Positions 17,670-26,719 are shown, numbered from the stretch's first letter. The stretch: 64,000 nt of DNA from an uncultured virus (IMG/VR IMGVR_UViG_3300009507_000015) (IMGVR_UViG_3300009507_000015), one strand, 5' to 3'. Numbers and translations are program-made. Notes: generated by a model from the sequence alone, not told the origin.

Positions 17670-18574
17670 TAAAATTTGAAGATTTTAAATTATTAGAGTC
17701 ATACATAGAAGATGAAAAGTTTCAAATCCTATTGGAAAAGAACTTAAGCTCTGATATTAATAAAGATATTAAGTTTGGTATTGTTATGGCTACTCATGAT
17801 ATGAATGCAGGTAGAGCTAATAAGGCTAGAGCAAAGCATATGACTACTCCTGGTGTTTTAGCAGATGCATTAAATTCAGTTAAAGCCCAAAAGTACAAAA
17901 ATTGGAAAATTTATTTGACTGCTGATAAATATGAAGGTGATGAAGGTGAAATAAAGAAAGTAATAGAAGACATTATTCCTAAAGACCAAATGCAGTATAA
18001 AAATAGAACTACAGCAGGAGAAAGAGATAATAAAAAATGGTCTACTAAACAAATCCGATTTACTGCAGGTTCTGCTGCCCTTAATGACTCACTAGACATG
18101 GCAAAGAAAGACGGTTGTGATTATATCGTTAGAATAGATCATGATGATAAATGGGCCCCTAATCACTTAGAGCTATTGGCTAAAGCATATACTCAATTTC
18201 CTGATTTAGGATTTTGTTTTACGAGAAGTAAAAAGAAAGTAACTGCGCATAACACAAGTAAAAAAATATTCATGCAACCTCAAAAGGATTATGACATGGA
18301 TTTAAACAATAAAGGTTATGGTGCAAATGACACTTCTCATTCTGCAACATCATGGAGACCGAGCATAACTGGAGATTTAAGGTATAGAAATCCAGATAAA
18401 CAACGAAACACTGCACCAAAATTAAAAGGTGCCCCTTCTGGAGCAGATGGTATATTACCAGTTGATTGGGATATGTTCAAAAGAATCATGATGAATGTAA
18501 AGGATAAAGGAAAGAATTATATGTACATTCCTAAAGTAACAAGTTTTTACAGAAACCGTGAAGGCAAGTTCTAG
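17666..18574 (+). CDS. GT-A (GT2-like) glycosyltransferase with N-terminal extension
   Basis: ALNSVKAQKY, RIDHDDKW (DxD), DWDMF. Confidence 0.8.
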   Translation: MIKFEDFKLLESYIEDEKFQILLEKNLSSDINKDIKFGIVMATHDMNAGRANKARAKHMTTPGVLADALNSVKAQKYKNWKIYLTADKYEGDEGEIKKVIEDIIPKDQMQYKNRTTAGERDNKKWSTKQIRFTAGSAALNDSLDMAKKDGCDYIVRIDHDDKWAPNHLELLAKAYTQFPDLGFCFTRSKKKVTAHNTSKKIFMQPQKDYDMDLNNKGYGANDTSHSATSWRPSITGDLRYRNPDKQRNTAPKLKGAPSGADGILPVDWDMFKRIMMNVKDKGKNYMYIPKVTSFYRNREGKF

Positions 18575-18612
18575 TGATGAATATATAGATTAAATAAACT
18601 AAATAAATAATT

Positions 18613-18789
18613 ATGGAAAAATTTGAAGAAATCAAAGCATTAATCGAAGCATGTACAGAAGATGTAGATAAATTTTATGTAAAAGGAAATAAAGCTGCTG
18701 CTGTTAGAATTCGTAAAACTATGCAAGATATTAAAAATCTAGCACAAGAAGTAAGAATACATGTACAAGATACTAAGAACAGTCTTTAA
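18613..18789 (+). CDS. Histone H1-like nucleoid protein (Hc1 family), 58 aa (not in ORF track)
   Basis: MEKFEEIKALIEACTEDVDKFYVKGNKAAAVRIRKTMQDIKNLAQEVR matches the Hc1 signature KF..KGNKAA..R.RK. Confidence 0.85.
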   Translation: MEKFEEIKALIEACTEDVDKFYVKGNKAAAVRIRKTMQDIKNLAQEVRIHVQDTKNSL

Positions 18790-18807
18790 TATAAATACCG
18801 TTCACCT

Positions 18808-18841
18808 AAAAAGAGGCTGCCATCTAGGCGGTCTTTTTTTG
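18808..18841 (+). terminator. Intrinsic terminator
   Basis: gaggctgcc-atcta-ggcggtctt stem with G-U pairs, then a T-run. Confidence 0.7.
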
Positions 18842-18866
18842 TCTTAAAATATCTCTAGCACTCTTA

Positions 18867-18892
18867 AAACATTTGTTTATTTTACCATATAA
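18867..18892 (+). promoter_or_regulatory. AAAC-N15-CATATAA promoter heading the DNA-modification operon
   Basis: Motif class match. Confidence 0.6.
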
Positions 18893-18910
18893 TAATAAAT
18901 TAGGATTTAT

Positions 18911-19462
18911 ATGGAAAAATGTTTAATGTTAGACTTTGATGATACTTTAGTTAAAACTATTGAGATTCATGCCGATTCATGGAGAAAGGCCTTAGAGAAA
19001 GTCTTAAACATAGAAATACCACTTTCTGCAATTATGGCAGATATTAATTATGGTATGGATGTTTTATTAGAAAAATATCAGTTAACTCCTAAAGAAAGTA
19101 AATTAGCACAAAAATATAAAAAGCAAATATTTTCAAAAAGCTTACATAAAACTAAAGTAAATGAACTACTTTTGTACATGTGTAAGAGTAAAGTATTTAA
19201 AAATTTAGTAATAGCATCTAATTCATCTAGAGAAAATGTAGATAGAATTATGAGTTATCATCAAATAGATCCAACATTATTTGATTACATATATACTAGA
19301 GAAGATGTATCAAATAAAAAACCAGCCCCAGATATGGGACATTTAATATTTGAAAAATTTCCACAATATAATTTTGAAGACTTCCTAATGGTTGGGGATT
19401 CTGATGTGGATTTAACTTTTGCACGTAAACTCGGAATAAAATGCATAATAGTAAAATTTTAG
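18911..19462 (+). CDS. HAD-superfamily phosphatase
   Basis: DFDDTL, ASNS, KPAP, VGDSDVD. Confidence 0.9.
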   Translation: MEKCLMLDFDDTLVKTIEIHADSWRKALEKVLNIEIPLSAIMADINYGMDVLLEKYQLTPKESKLAQKYKKQIFSKSLHKTKVNELLLYMCKSKVFKNLVIASNSSRENVDRIMSYHQIDPTLFDYIYTREDVSNKKPAPDMGHLIFEKFPQYNFEDFLMVGDSDVDLTFARKLGIKCIIVKF

Positions 19463-20187
19463 TAGGGAATAGCGGAGATAAGGTATTTCTCCAAGGTAAC
19501 AAAGTAATTAAAGAGGCAGGCCATTATCCAGAAAAATTCAAACAACAAATGGATTTTCTTATGTGCTGTGATCATCCTAATTTTATTGAGGTTAAACCTC
19601 TATCAGAAACAAGTTATGAAATGAAAAGATTCCCAACTTGGTATGATAAAATATTAGCACAACCTTTAAATACTTCATTAGGCCAATTAGAAAATCTTAT
19701 TTCAATTATAGGAAAGTTTGATAACATAGGATCTAATGTAAAGACTCAAGATTATTTTGAGAAACTTCAATTAAGAACAGGTTATACTTATGAAGGTAAA
19801 TTTGATGCAGTTTCTTGTTGGGGTTTTGTACATGGTGATTTAACAGTAAGTAATATTTTACATGATAAAGATTTTCTGTTTATAGACCCAAGAGGTACAG
19901 AAGAACAAGATTATTATGATTATGGAAAACTGATGCAATCGTTTGTTATGGAATATGAGTCCCATATATACAATAACCACAATAAAACATATAGTAAATT
20001 TTGCAAAGAAGCTGAAAAGGTAATGTATGAATGGTGTGATGAATATCAACTTAAATTCTTTTTAGCAGTTCATTTATTAGGAGCAGTGCCTTTCTTTGAA
20101 TTAAATGAAAGATATGAATTAGCTGGAAGTTTCCTTAAAAAAGGACATGAATTATTTGATGAATTAGAAATAAAGTATAGTAAATGA
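19441..20187 (+). CDS. APH/choline-kinase-fold phosphotransferase
   Basis: HGDLTVSNIL, FIDPRG, DYGKL. Confidence 0.82.
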   Translation: MHNSKILVGNSGDKVFLQGNKVIKEAGHYPEKFKQQMDFLMCCDHPNFIEVKPLSETSYEMKRFPTWYDKILAQPLNTSLGQLENLISIIGKFDNIGSNVKTQDYFEKLQLRTGYTYEGKFDAVSCWGFVHGDLTVSNILHDKDFLFIDPRGTEEQDYYDYGKLMQSFVMEYESHIYNNHNKTYSKFCKEAEKVMYEWCDEYQLKFFLAVHLLGAVPFFELNERYELAGSFLKKGHELFDELEIKYSK

Positions 20188-20888
20188 AAAGAGTAAGTAA
20201 AGCAATTATATTAGCTGCCGGCCGTTCTACTAGGTATGGTAAAAATAAATTAGTAGATCCTATCTTAGGAAAGTCAACAGTTGAATACTGTGTAGAATTT
20301 TGTATGGAGAATGGTATAGAGGATTGTTATATTACGATTAGTAAAGCAGATTTCTTTTTTAAAGATAATGTAAAACTTTCTCATCCTATTATTGAAAAGT
20401 TAAGTAAGTATAAAAAAGACATTAACATATTTTATGAATTCCAAAAGGATGATGAATATGGTCCAGGTGCAGCCATAAAGGTATGGGCAGATAAATTTGA
20501 TGAAGCTTTCTTATGTTTATTTGGAGATAATTATTACCAAGGAAATATAGGATTAGAATATCATGATCCTAGCAGTACAGTTGTAACTTATAAAGATTAT
20601 GATACAAGAGCAAGAAATTTACAACTTGCATCTATATTAGAAAATGTTGTTATTGAGAAACCACACGGAATTGTTTCAGGCAGATACTTTTGTGGATATA
20701 TGATATTTTCTAAAGAAGCATTCAATAATCTTGACAGTATTAAAATGTCAAATAGAAATGAATATGAAATTACTCATTTGATTAATTCAATGAATAATTT
20801 AAAGTTTGAAGAACTAAACATATGTTGGTATGATCTAACATATGAAAATGATAAAGAAGTAATAGAAGAATTAATAAAAACGTGTTAA
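20184..20888 (+). CDS. Sugar-1-phosphate nucleotidyltransferase (RmlA-like)
   Basis: AIILAAGRSTR, FGDN, EKP, SNRNEYEIT, WYD. Confidence 0.85.
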   Translation: MKRVSKAIILAAGRSTRYGKNKLVDPILGKSTVEYCVEFCMENGIEDCYITISKADFFFKDNVKLSHPIIEKLSKYKKDINIFYEFQKDDEYGPGAAIKVWADKFDEAFLCLFGDNYYQGNIGLEYHDPSSTVVTYKDYDTRARNLQLASILENVVIEKPHGIVSGRYFCGYMIFSKEAFNNLDSIKMSNRNEYEITHLINSMNNLKFEELNICWYDLTYENDKEVIEELIKTC

Positions 20889-22151
20889 ATGGAAAATGTT
20901 AAAAAAGTAGGTTTTTTTAAACTTGGTAAAGCGATTAAGTTTAATGAAAACAGTTGGGGTGCAATAGGTGGAGATTGCGAACCTAAGCAATTAATTAATT
21001 CAATTGCAAAAAGAAATCCTAATATTGATTATTGGTTATTAAGTCCAAATGATTTAGGAAGAGTTAGAGCAAAAGAAAAGCCAGCAGTTCAATCATTATT
21101 CGGACCTCCTGCTGAAACAGAATCAGCTGCACCATCAAATGTAAAAGAATTCCACTCTACAATGACTGATAGGAAATCATCTGATGAGGCTGCACAAATT
21201 ATAAAAGATTTAGATTTAGATTTTATTTTCTTTTACACCGGGCCGTCAAGTACTGTTAATATACCTGATTTTATTAATAAAGTAGATGGAACTGGTAGAG
21301 TTAAATCTTTAGACTTTTTTAAATATTATGCTGCTCCTATTATTAAAGCAATGAATGAATTGGAAAAGAAGGTTCCTATTGTTGGTTTACTTGTAGATAA
21401 TCGATACATTTTAGCCTGTAAAGATTGGAACAATAACAATAGACCAACTTATTACTTAGCTCAAAATACTTTTACAAAAACAGAAGAGTTCTTTTGTAAT
21501 CCTCCTTTAAGAGATGTTGATACTATTGAATCTACTTATGAATACTCTGGTATTGAAACTGTATTCCTTTTAGATAAAAAGAGATATAATACCGATGAAT
21601 TGTTTGAAATGAAAAAGACTAATTCATTTATGATGTTACAAAACCAAGGAAAGGGTTCAGGTGGAATGGACCGTTGGGATCCTGTTAGAGATTATATTGT
21701 AAAGAATGATATTGAGACCGATATTTATGGAAAATGGGATGATAATTTAAAGGAAGAATATCCTAAATGGTTTAAAGGTGAAAAGAGAATTGAATCAATG
21801 ACTGATGAATTACTTTCTACTAAGTATACATTCTGCGTACCTATTAAAGAAGGTATGGTAACCTCTAAGTACGCTGAAATGTTACACTATGGTATTATAC
21901 CATTCTTACACCCATCTTACGATACTGACTTTAATGTCTTCCCTGATGGTCATTTTATTAGATGTAAATCTCCAGAAGATTTAAAAAAGAAAGTACAATT
22001 TTTAAATGATAATCCTGATCATTATAAAAAATTATTTTACAACTTACAGGAAAAATATTTAAAAGATTCTTATTACACTGGAGAACATGTAGATAATAAG
22101 ATCTGGGAAGCTTACAATAAAATAACAACTAAAACTGAAATCAATGTATAA
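20889..22151 (+). CDS. GT-B glycosyltransferase resembling T4 DNA beta-glucosyltransferase
   Basis: Colinear segments like BGT: LLVDNR, YEYSGIE, DR..., DIYG, FKG, VTSKYAEML, YDT, and a C-terminal L.KKV..L helix. Confidence 0.7.
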   Translation: MENVKKVGFFKLGKAIKFNENSWGAIGGDCEPKQLINSIAKRNPNIDYWLLSPNDLGRVRAKEKPAVQSLFGPPAETESAAPSNVKEFHSTMTDRKSSDEAAQIIKDLDLDFIFFYTGPSSTVNIPDFINKVDGTGRVKSLDFFKYYAAPIIKAMNELEKKVPIVGLLVDNRYILACKDWNNNNRPTYYLAQNTFTKTEEFFCNPPLRDVDTIESTYEYSGIETVFLLDKKRYNTDELFEMKKTNSFMMLQNQGKGSGGMDRWDPVRDYIVKNDIETDIYGKWDDNLKEEYPKWFKGEKRIESMTDELLSTKYTFCVPIKEGMVTSKYAEMLHYGIIPFLHPSYDTDFNVFPDGHFIRCKSPEDLKKKVQFLNDNPDHYKKLFYNLQEKYLKDSYYTGEHVDNKIWEAYNKITTKTEINV

Positions 22152-23163
22152 TTCAAACACTAAAATCCTAGTTACTGGTGGCGCTGGGTTCGTCGGTACA
22201 AATTTTATCAACGACTTATTAAACAGAGGCCATAATCCTAAATGTATTGCCGTAATTGATAATATGGAACATGGTACTTATATACCTAAAGTTCATGATC
22301 AAATAGAAAACTTTCATAGAGTTGATATTAGAAATCAATTCGTAGAAACTATTATAGAAAAATTTAATCCTGATTATGTTTATCATTTTGCAGGTTTAGT
22401 TTCAATCTATGATTGCCATGAAGATGTATATGAAGCAGTAGATAATAATATTTTAGGAAGTATTAATGTAATGAATGGCTGTCTTAAAGCAGATGTTAAA
22501 AGAATTATATTTAGTGAAACTTCAGCTGTATATGAAAATTGCGAAATGCCTAAAGCTGGCTTTAACGAAACACAATCAGATCCTACTACAATTTATTCAA
22601 CAACTAAAGCATGTCTTGCTCTATTGGCAGAATCATACTGTAGAACTAAAGGATTAAATTATACTGCACTTAGATACTTTAATGTAGCAGGACCTTTACA
22701 AGATTATGAAAGAACTATACCACCTGTATTTGCTGGATTTATTTTAAGAATTAAAGGTGGTCGTAATCCTATTGTGTTTGGAGACTATATGAAAGCAAGA
22801 GATTATATTGATGTATCAGATGTTAATGCATTTCATATTCTTTGTATGGAAAATGAAGATACTGCAAACCAAACATTTAATTTAGGAACTGGTAAAATGA
22901 CTAACTTAATGGATCTTAAAAATCTGATTGCAGATATTATGGATGTTAAAGTTGAATTTGATCATTATGATGCAATTGCAGGTGAAGCATTAAATTCATA
23001 CGGAGATATCTCTAAAGCTAAATCTATGGGATGGGAACCTAAGAAAGATATAACTGATACAATTAAAGAAACTATTGTATACTTAGAAAATGAAATAGAA
23101 GAAGGTAACATTGATCCTTTTACATTCATGGAAGATTTAGAAATTGAAAAAGTAAAAATATGA
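22144..23163 (+). CDS. NAD-dependent NDP-sugar epimerase/dehydratase (GalE-like)
   Basis: TGGAGFVG, YSTTK, LRYFNV, RDYIDV. Confidence 0.9.
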   Translation: MYNSNTKILVTGGAGFVGTNFINDLLNRGHNPKCIAVIDNMEHGTYIPKVHDQIENFHRVDIRNQFVETIIEKFNPDYVYHFAGLVSIYDCHEDVYEAVDNNILGSINVMNGCLKADVKRIIFSETSAVYENCEMPKAGFNETQSDPTTIYSTTKACLALLAESYCRTKGLNYTALRYFNVAGPLQDYERTIPPVFAGFILRIKGGRNPIVFGDYMKARDYIDVSDVNAFHILCMENEDTANQTFNLGTGKMTNLMDLKNLIADIMDVKVEFDHYDAIAGEALNSYGDISKAKSMGWEPKKDITDTIKETIVYLENEIEEGNIDPFTFMEDLEIEKVKI

Positions 23164-24428
23164 GCAAAGAAAAAGAATTAAAATGGGGTACTATGATTCC
23201 GTTAATCGGAGGTAGTGCAATAGGATGTAATAAAGCAACAGGTAATTTACCGGCATTTCATTTAAGTTATGATGCATTTGCTGCAAACGAAAGTCATATA
23301 GAAGATTATTGGCCAGACGTACCTATGTATAGAATAGATCACGAAGAATTGGATATTCCTAATCAAACATTTGAACAAGTAGATTTTGTAAATTCTGTTT
23401 GTCCTTGTGCAGGTTTATCCCAATTAAATTCTGCGAGCGGTACAGCTGCATCAAGAGGTTCTGGTGCTACACAAAACAAGTGGATGTATGATTCAGCAGA
23501 ATATGTTTTAGAACACGTTAAGCCTAAAGTATTATGGGGAGAAAACGCACCAGGACTATTTACTAAAATGGGAGAAGGTGTTGTAGATAATCTTAAAGAG
23601 ATTGGTAAAAAGTATGGTTATAGTTTTTCTTTAATTAAAACTAATACTGAATTACATGGAATTCCACAAAGAAGAATAAGAACATTTTATTTCTTTTGGA
23701 ATACACCAACAGTTCCTATGTTAGGTTGGCAGTTCAGAGAAAAGAAACATCTTATTGATTATCTTAAAGAAATACCAAAGGATGCAACCTTACAAGATAT
23801 GTTTATGGTTGCTGGAAAAGTAACAGATCATTATAAGCCTTATGAATTTGTATTAGAAAAAGAAGGTTTAACTCATGCTGAATTCGCTAAGAAATTTGGT
23901 AAAGGTACGATAGCTCAGTATTTAGAAAAGCATGATTTAATTGATGAGTGTATCCAATGGCTAGATAAAAATTATCATAAACAAGGATTCTCTAATAAAA
24001 AATCTACAAAATCATTTGGTGATATGTTAGAACATCAAAAATATAAAACAAGCCAAGGTTTAGGTTATTGGGATGCATCGCCACATTTCTTTAATGAAAG
24101 CTTTTCAGCTCTTATTGGTAGAAATATGTTTAACGGTGTACACCCAACAGAAAACAGATATTTAAACATTAGAGAAATGTTACACTTAATGGGATTACCA
24201 TTAGACTTTGGAATTAAAGATGCTAGGCAAGTTAATCACATTGCTCAAAATGTACCAGCAACAACTGCAATGGACATGGCAATTGAAGTAAAGAAATTTT
24301 GTGAAGGTAATGCTAAGATGACAAATTATACCTTTATGAAACAGGATAATACTAAACAAAAAGTTTTAGTAACTGAAGAGTTAGGAGCAGAGCCAAAAAA
24401 GAAGTATAAAGTTAATAGTACTTTTTAA
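23160..24428 (+). CDS. C5-cytosine DNA methyltransferase-fold enzyme with atypical cofactor-binding motifs
   Basis: Motif IV PCAGLS, VI ENAP, VIII PQRRIR, IX RYLNIRE; motif I reads IPLIGG and motif X reads AQNVP. Confidence 0.85.
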   Translation: MSKEKELKWGTMIPLIGGSAIGCNKATGNLPAFHLSYDAFAANESHIEDYWPDVPMYRIDHEELDIPNQTFEQVDFVNSVCPCAGLSQLNSASGTAASRGSGATQNKWMYDSAEYVLEHVKPKVLWGENAPGLFTKMGEGVVDNLKEIGKKYGYSFSLIKTNTELHGIPQRRIRTFYFFWNTPTVPMLGWQFREKKHLIDYLKEIPKDATLQDMFMVAGKVTDHYKPYEFVLEKEGLTHAEFAKKFGKGTIAQYLEKHDLIDECIQWLDKNYHKQGFSNKKSTKSFGDMLEHQKYKTSQGLGYWDASPHFFNESFSALIGRNMFNGVHPTENRYLNIREMLHLMGLPLDFGIKDARQVNHIAQNVPATTAMDMAIEVKKFCEGNAKMTNYTFMKQDNTKQKVLVTEELGAEPKKKYKVNSTF

Positions 24429-24475
24429 AACTATATTAAATTAATGCATATAACAATAAACAAATAATAAATTCA

Positions 24476-25225
24476 ATGGAAGCAACTATTAAAAAAATTG
24501 ACGGTTACGAATTAAGTACATTCGTCAAAAAACTTTTACCGATTGATAAATTCATTTTTATGAAAATTGGACAAGAAGGAACCGTTTCATCTGTTTACTT
24601 CCCTGAGAGGGATGCAGTGAAACTAGTATCAACACCAACATCTGATATCTTTGACACTGACATTACTAATCCAGTAAAAGTTAGTTTTTATAATGGTACC
24701 AAAGTAATCGATGCGCTATCTCATTTTAATGGAGATGTACAAGGCAAAATTAAATACTCTGAGATTGATGGAGAATTAATGGCAAGTGATTTTACTTTAG
24801 AGAATGATGATCTTCAAATTAATTTAGCATGTGCTGATCCATCATTATCATTTATGGAAATGAGTAAAGAAGAAACTGATCGTGCATTTGGAACTGATGG
24901 AAATTTATTTCAATTTGATCTTCTTACAACTCATGTAGATAAAATGAAATCTTTATTTAATTTAGAAAGAGAAGAAGATACATTTACATTAGCAGTAACT
25001 GATAAGGGTATTGCTGTACAAGGTCTTTCTTATGATGCTACTTTAGCTCATTCTTATGAAGGCGAAAATGCAGTAGGACAAAAGGTTGTAATTTACAAAA
25101 AATATATTAACCTTTTAGATAAAGAAAACTATAAAGTGGTAGTTTGTAATAATAAAGTTGTATTTAGATCTTTAGATACCAACACTCACTTAACAGTTGC
25201 AGTAGCAATTACTGACGAGGATTAA
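24476..25225 (+). CDS. gp45: DNA polymerase sliding clamp (gp45-like)
   Basis: Size; CADPS linker resembles T4 AADPS; position among replication genes. Confidence 0.7.
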   Translation: MEATIKKIDGYELSTFVKKLLPIDKFIFMKIGQEGTVSSVYFPERDAVKLVSTPTSDIFDTDITNPVKVSFYNGTKVIDALSHFNGDVQGKIKYSEIDGELMASDFTLENDDLQINLACADPSLSFMEMSKEETDRAFGTDGNLFQFDLLTTHVDKMKSLFNLEREEDTFTLAVTDKGIAVQGLSYDATLAHSYEGENAVGQKVVIYKKYINLLDKENYKVVVCNNKVVFRSLDTNTHLTVAVAITDED

Positions 25226-25243
25226 TACTTACATATTCTATTT

Positions 25244-25274
25244 AAAAAGGCATCTCAATATGGGATGCCTTTTT
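25244..25274 (+). terminator. Intrinsic terminator
   Basis: aaaaaggcatc...gatgccttttt. Confidence 0.75.
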
Positions 25275-25323
25275 CTTAAACTTTTTATAGATTTTACTAT
25301 ATAAATAATATAAAGAAACTATT

Positions 25324-25563
25324 ATGGCATATCGAAGCAAAACAGGATTAAGAGTAAGCATTTCAAAAAAGAATGGCCAGGACGCTATAGAATTTATTGA
25401 ATTTGATTGTAAATATCAAGATACGTATATTCAATATATCACACAATATTATAATCCTTTAACTGGAATATATGATAATACTAAAACTCAGATATATTTT
25501 GAAGGTAATGATACTCTTTTAATAAATCAAGGATATGGCGTTACATCATCTGAATTAACATAA
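25324..25563 (+). CDS. Hypothetical protein
   Basis: ORF track; follows the AAAC-class promoter at 25278. Confidence 0.55.
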   Translation: MAYRSKTGLRVSISKKNGQDAIEFIEFDCKYQDTYIQYITQYYNPLTGIYDNTKTQIYFEGNDTLLINQGYGVTSSELT

Positions 25564-25564
25564 T

Positions 25565-26689
25565 ATGACAGAGCTTACCGAATTACAACAAATTAATAAA
25601 GAAGCAAGTAAGTTTTATAACTATGAGCAAGCCGTTAAGTTAATGCTTAACTCTATTTATGGCGCATTTGGTAATCCTTATTTTTATTTCTTTAATGTTG
25701 ATATAGCAGAGACTATAACATTACAAGGTAAAGATGCAATTTTATATACTGAAGAATTACTTAATATGTACTTCAGTAAATATTGGCATAAAGATATTGC
25801 TGCTCATAAAGAAATGGGAATTACTGTAACAGGCAGAATAGAAAACCCAGTAGGAATTTATATTGACACTGATTCTGTTTATGTAAAGTTTGATGAAGTA
25901 ATAGAAAAATCTGAAGGTTGGAAAGGTGATGAAAAGGAGTTTATTTTAAAACTCTATAAAGTTAGAGTAAACGGTTACTTAGAAAAAATACTTCAGAAAT
26001 ATGCAGATGATAATAATGCAGAAAACTTTTTATCTTTTGAATTAGAAAGTATTGCAAAAAATGCAATATGGTTAGCTAAGAAAAAATACATGCAAAATAT
26101 TGTATGGAAAGATCCAGATATTCATTATGAAGACTTATCTAAAATCAGCTCAAAAGGTTTTGAAATTATTCAGTCATCAACACCAATATTTGCTAGAGAA
26201 AAATTAAAAGATCTCCTAACATACATATTCTCTGTTGATAAATTAGATATGAAACAATTTGCTGCTTTACTTAAAGATATTAAAAGGCAATTTAAATTAG
26301 CTAATGTAGATCAAATTAGTTTTTCACGAAAAGTAAATAATTATCAAAAGTATATAGTAAATGATTATGAAGCTTTTGAATTTGCATCAAGGTGCCCAAT
26401 AGGTGTAAGATCCGCAGGTTATCATAATTATCTGTTAAATAATTCTTCATCTAAAGGTAAATATCAACCTTTAGGAAATGGTGAAAAATGTAAAATGTAT
26501 TTCTCTAAAGATAAATCATGTGATGTATTTGCATTTTCTCCTGGAGATTTTCCTTATGAATTTGCACCAGAGATTGATCATGATAGACAATTTGAAAAAA
26601 CAATATTAGATCCTATTAATAGAGTAGTAACTGCAATGGGATTTAAGGCATTTAATAGAAACTTGATTTATACAACTAGTTTATTTTAA
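25565..26689 (+). CDS. gp43: Family B DNA polymerase, C-terminal subunit (motifs B and C, thumb); split gp43B-type
   Basis: KLMLNSIYG, YIDTDS, KKKY, KGFE...SSTP. Confidence 0.92.
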   Translation: MTELTELQQINKEASKFYNYEQAVKLMLNSIYGAFGNPYFYFFNVDIAETITLQGKDAILYTEELLNMYFSKYWHKDIAAHKEMGITVTGRIENPVGIYIDTDSVYVKFDEVIEKSEGWKGDEKEFILKLYKVRVNGYLEKILQKYADDNNAENFLSFELESIAKNAIWLAKKKYMQNIVWKDPDIHYEDLSKISSKGFEIIQSSTPIFAREKLKDLLTYIFSVDKLDMKQFAALLKDIKRQFKLANVDQISFSRKVNNYQKYIVNDYEAFEFASRCPIGVRSAGYHNYLLNNSSSKGKYQPLGNGEKCKMYFSKDKSCDVFAFSPGDFPYEFAPEIDHDRQFEKTILDPINRVVTAMGFKAFNRNLIYTTSLF

Positions 26690-26719
26690 AGCCTAAATAA
26701 ATAATAAAATAATATAATT

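Noticed and set aside
20184..20888. Nucleotidyltransferase as KdsB completing a Kdo pathway
   Set aside because: Its motifs (GDN, EKP, EYEIT, WYD) are RmlA-like, not CMP-Kdo synthetase-like
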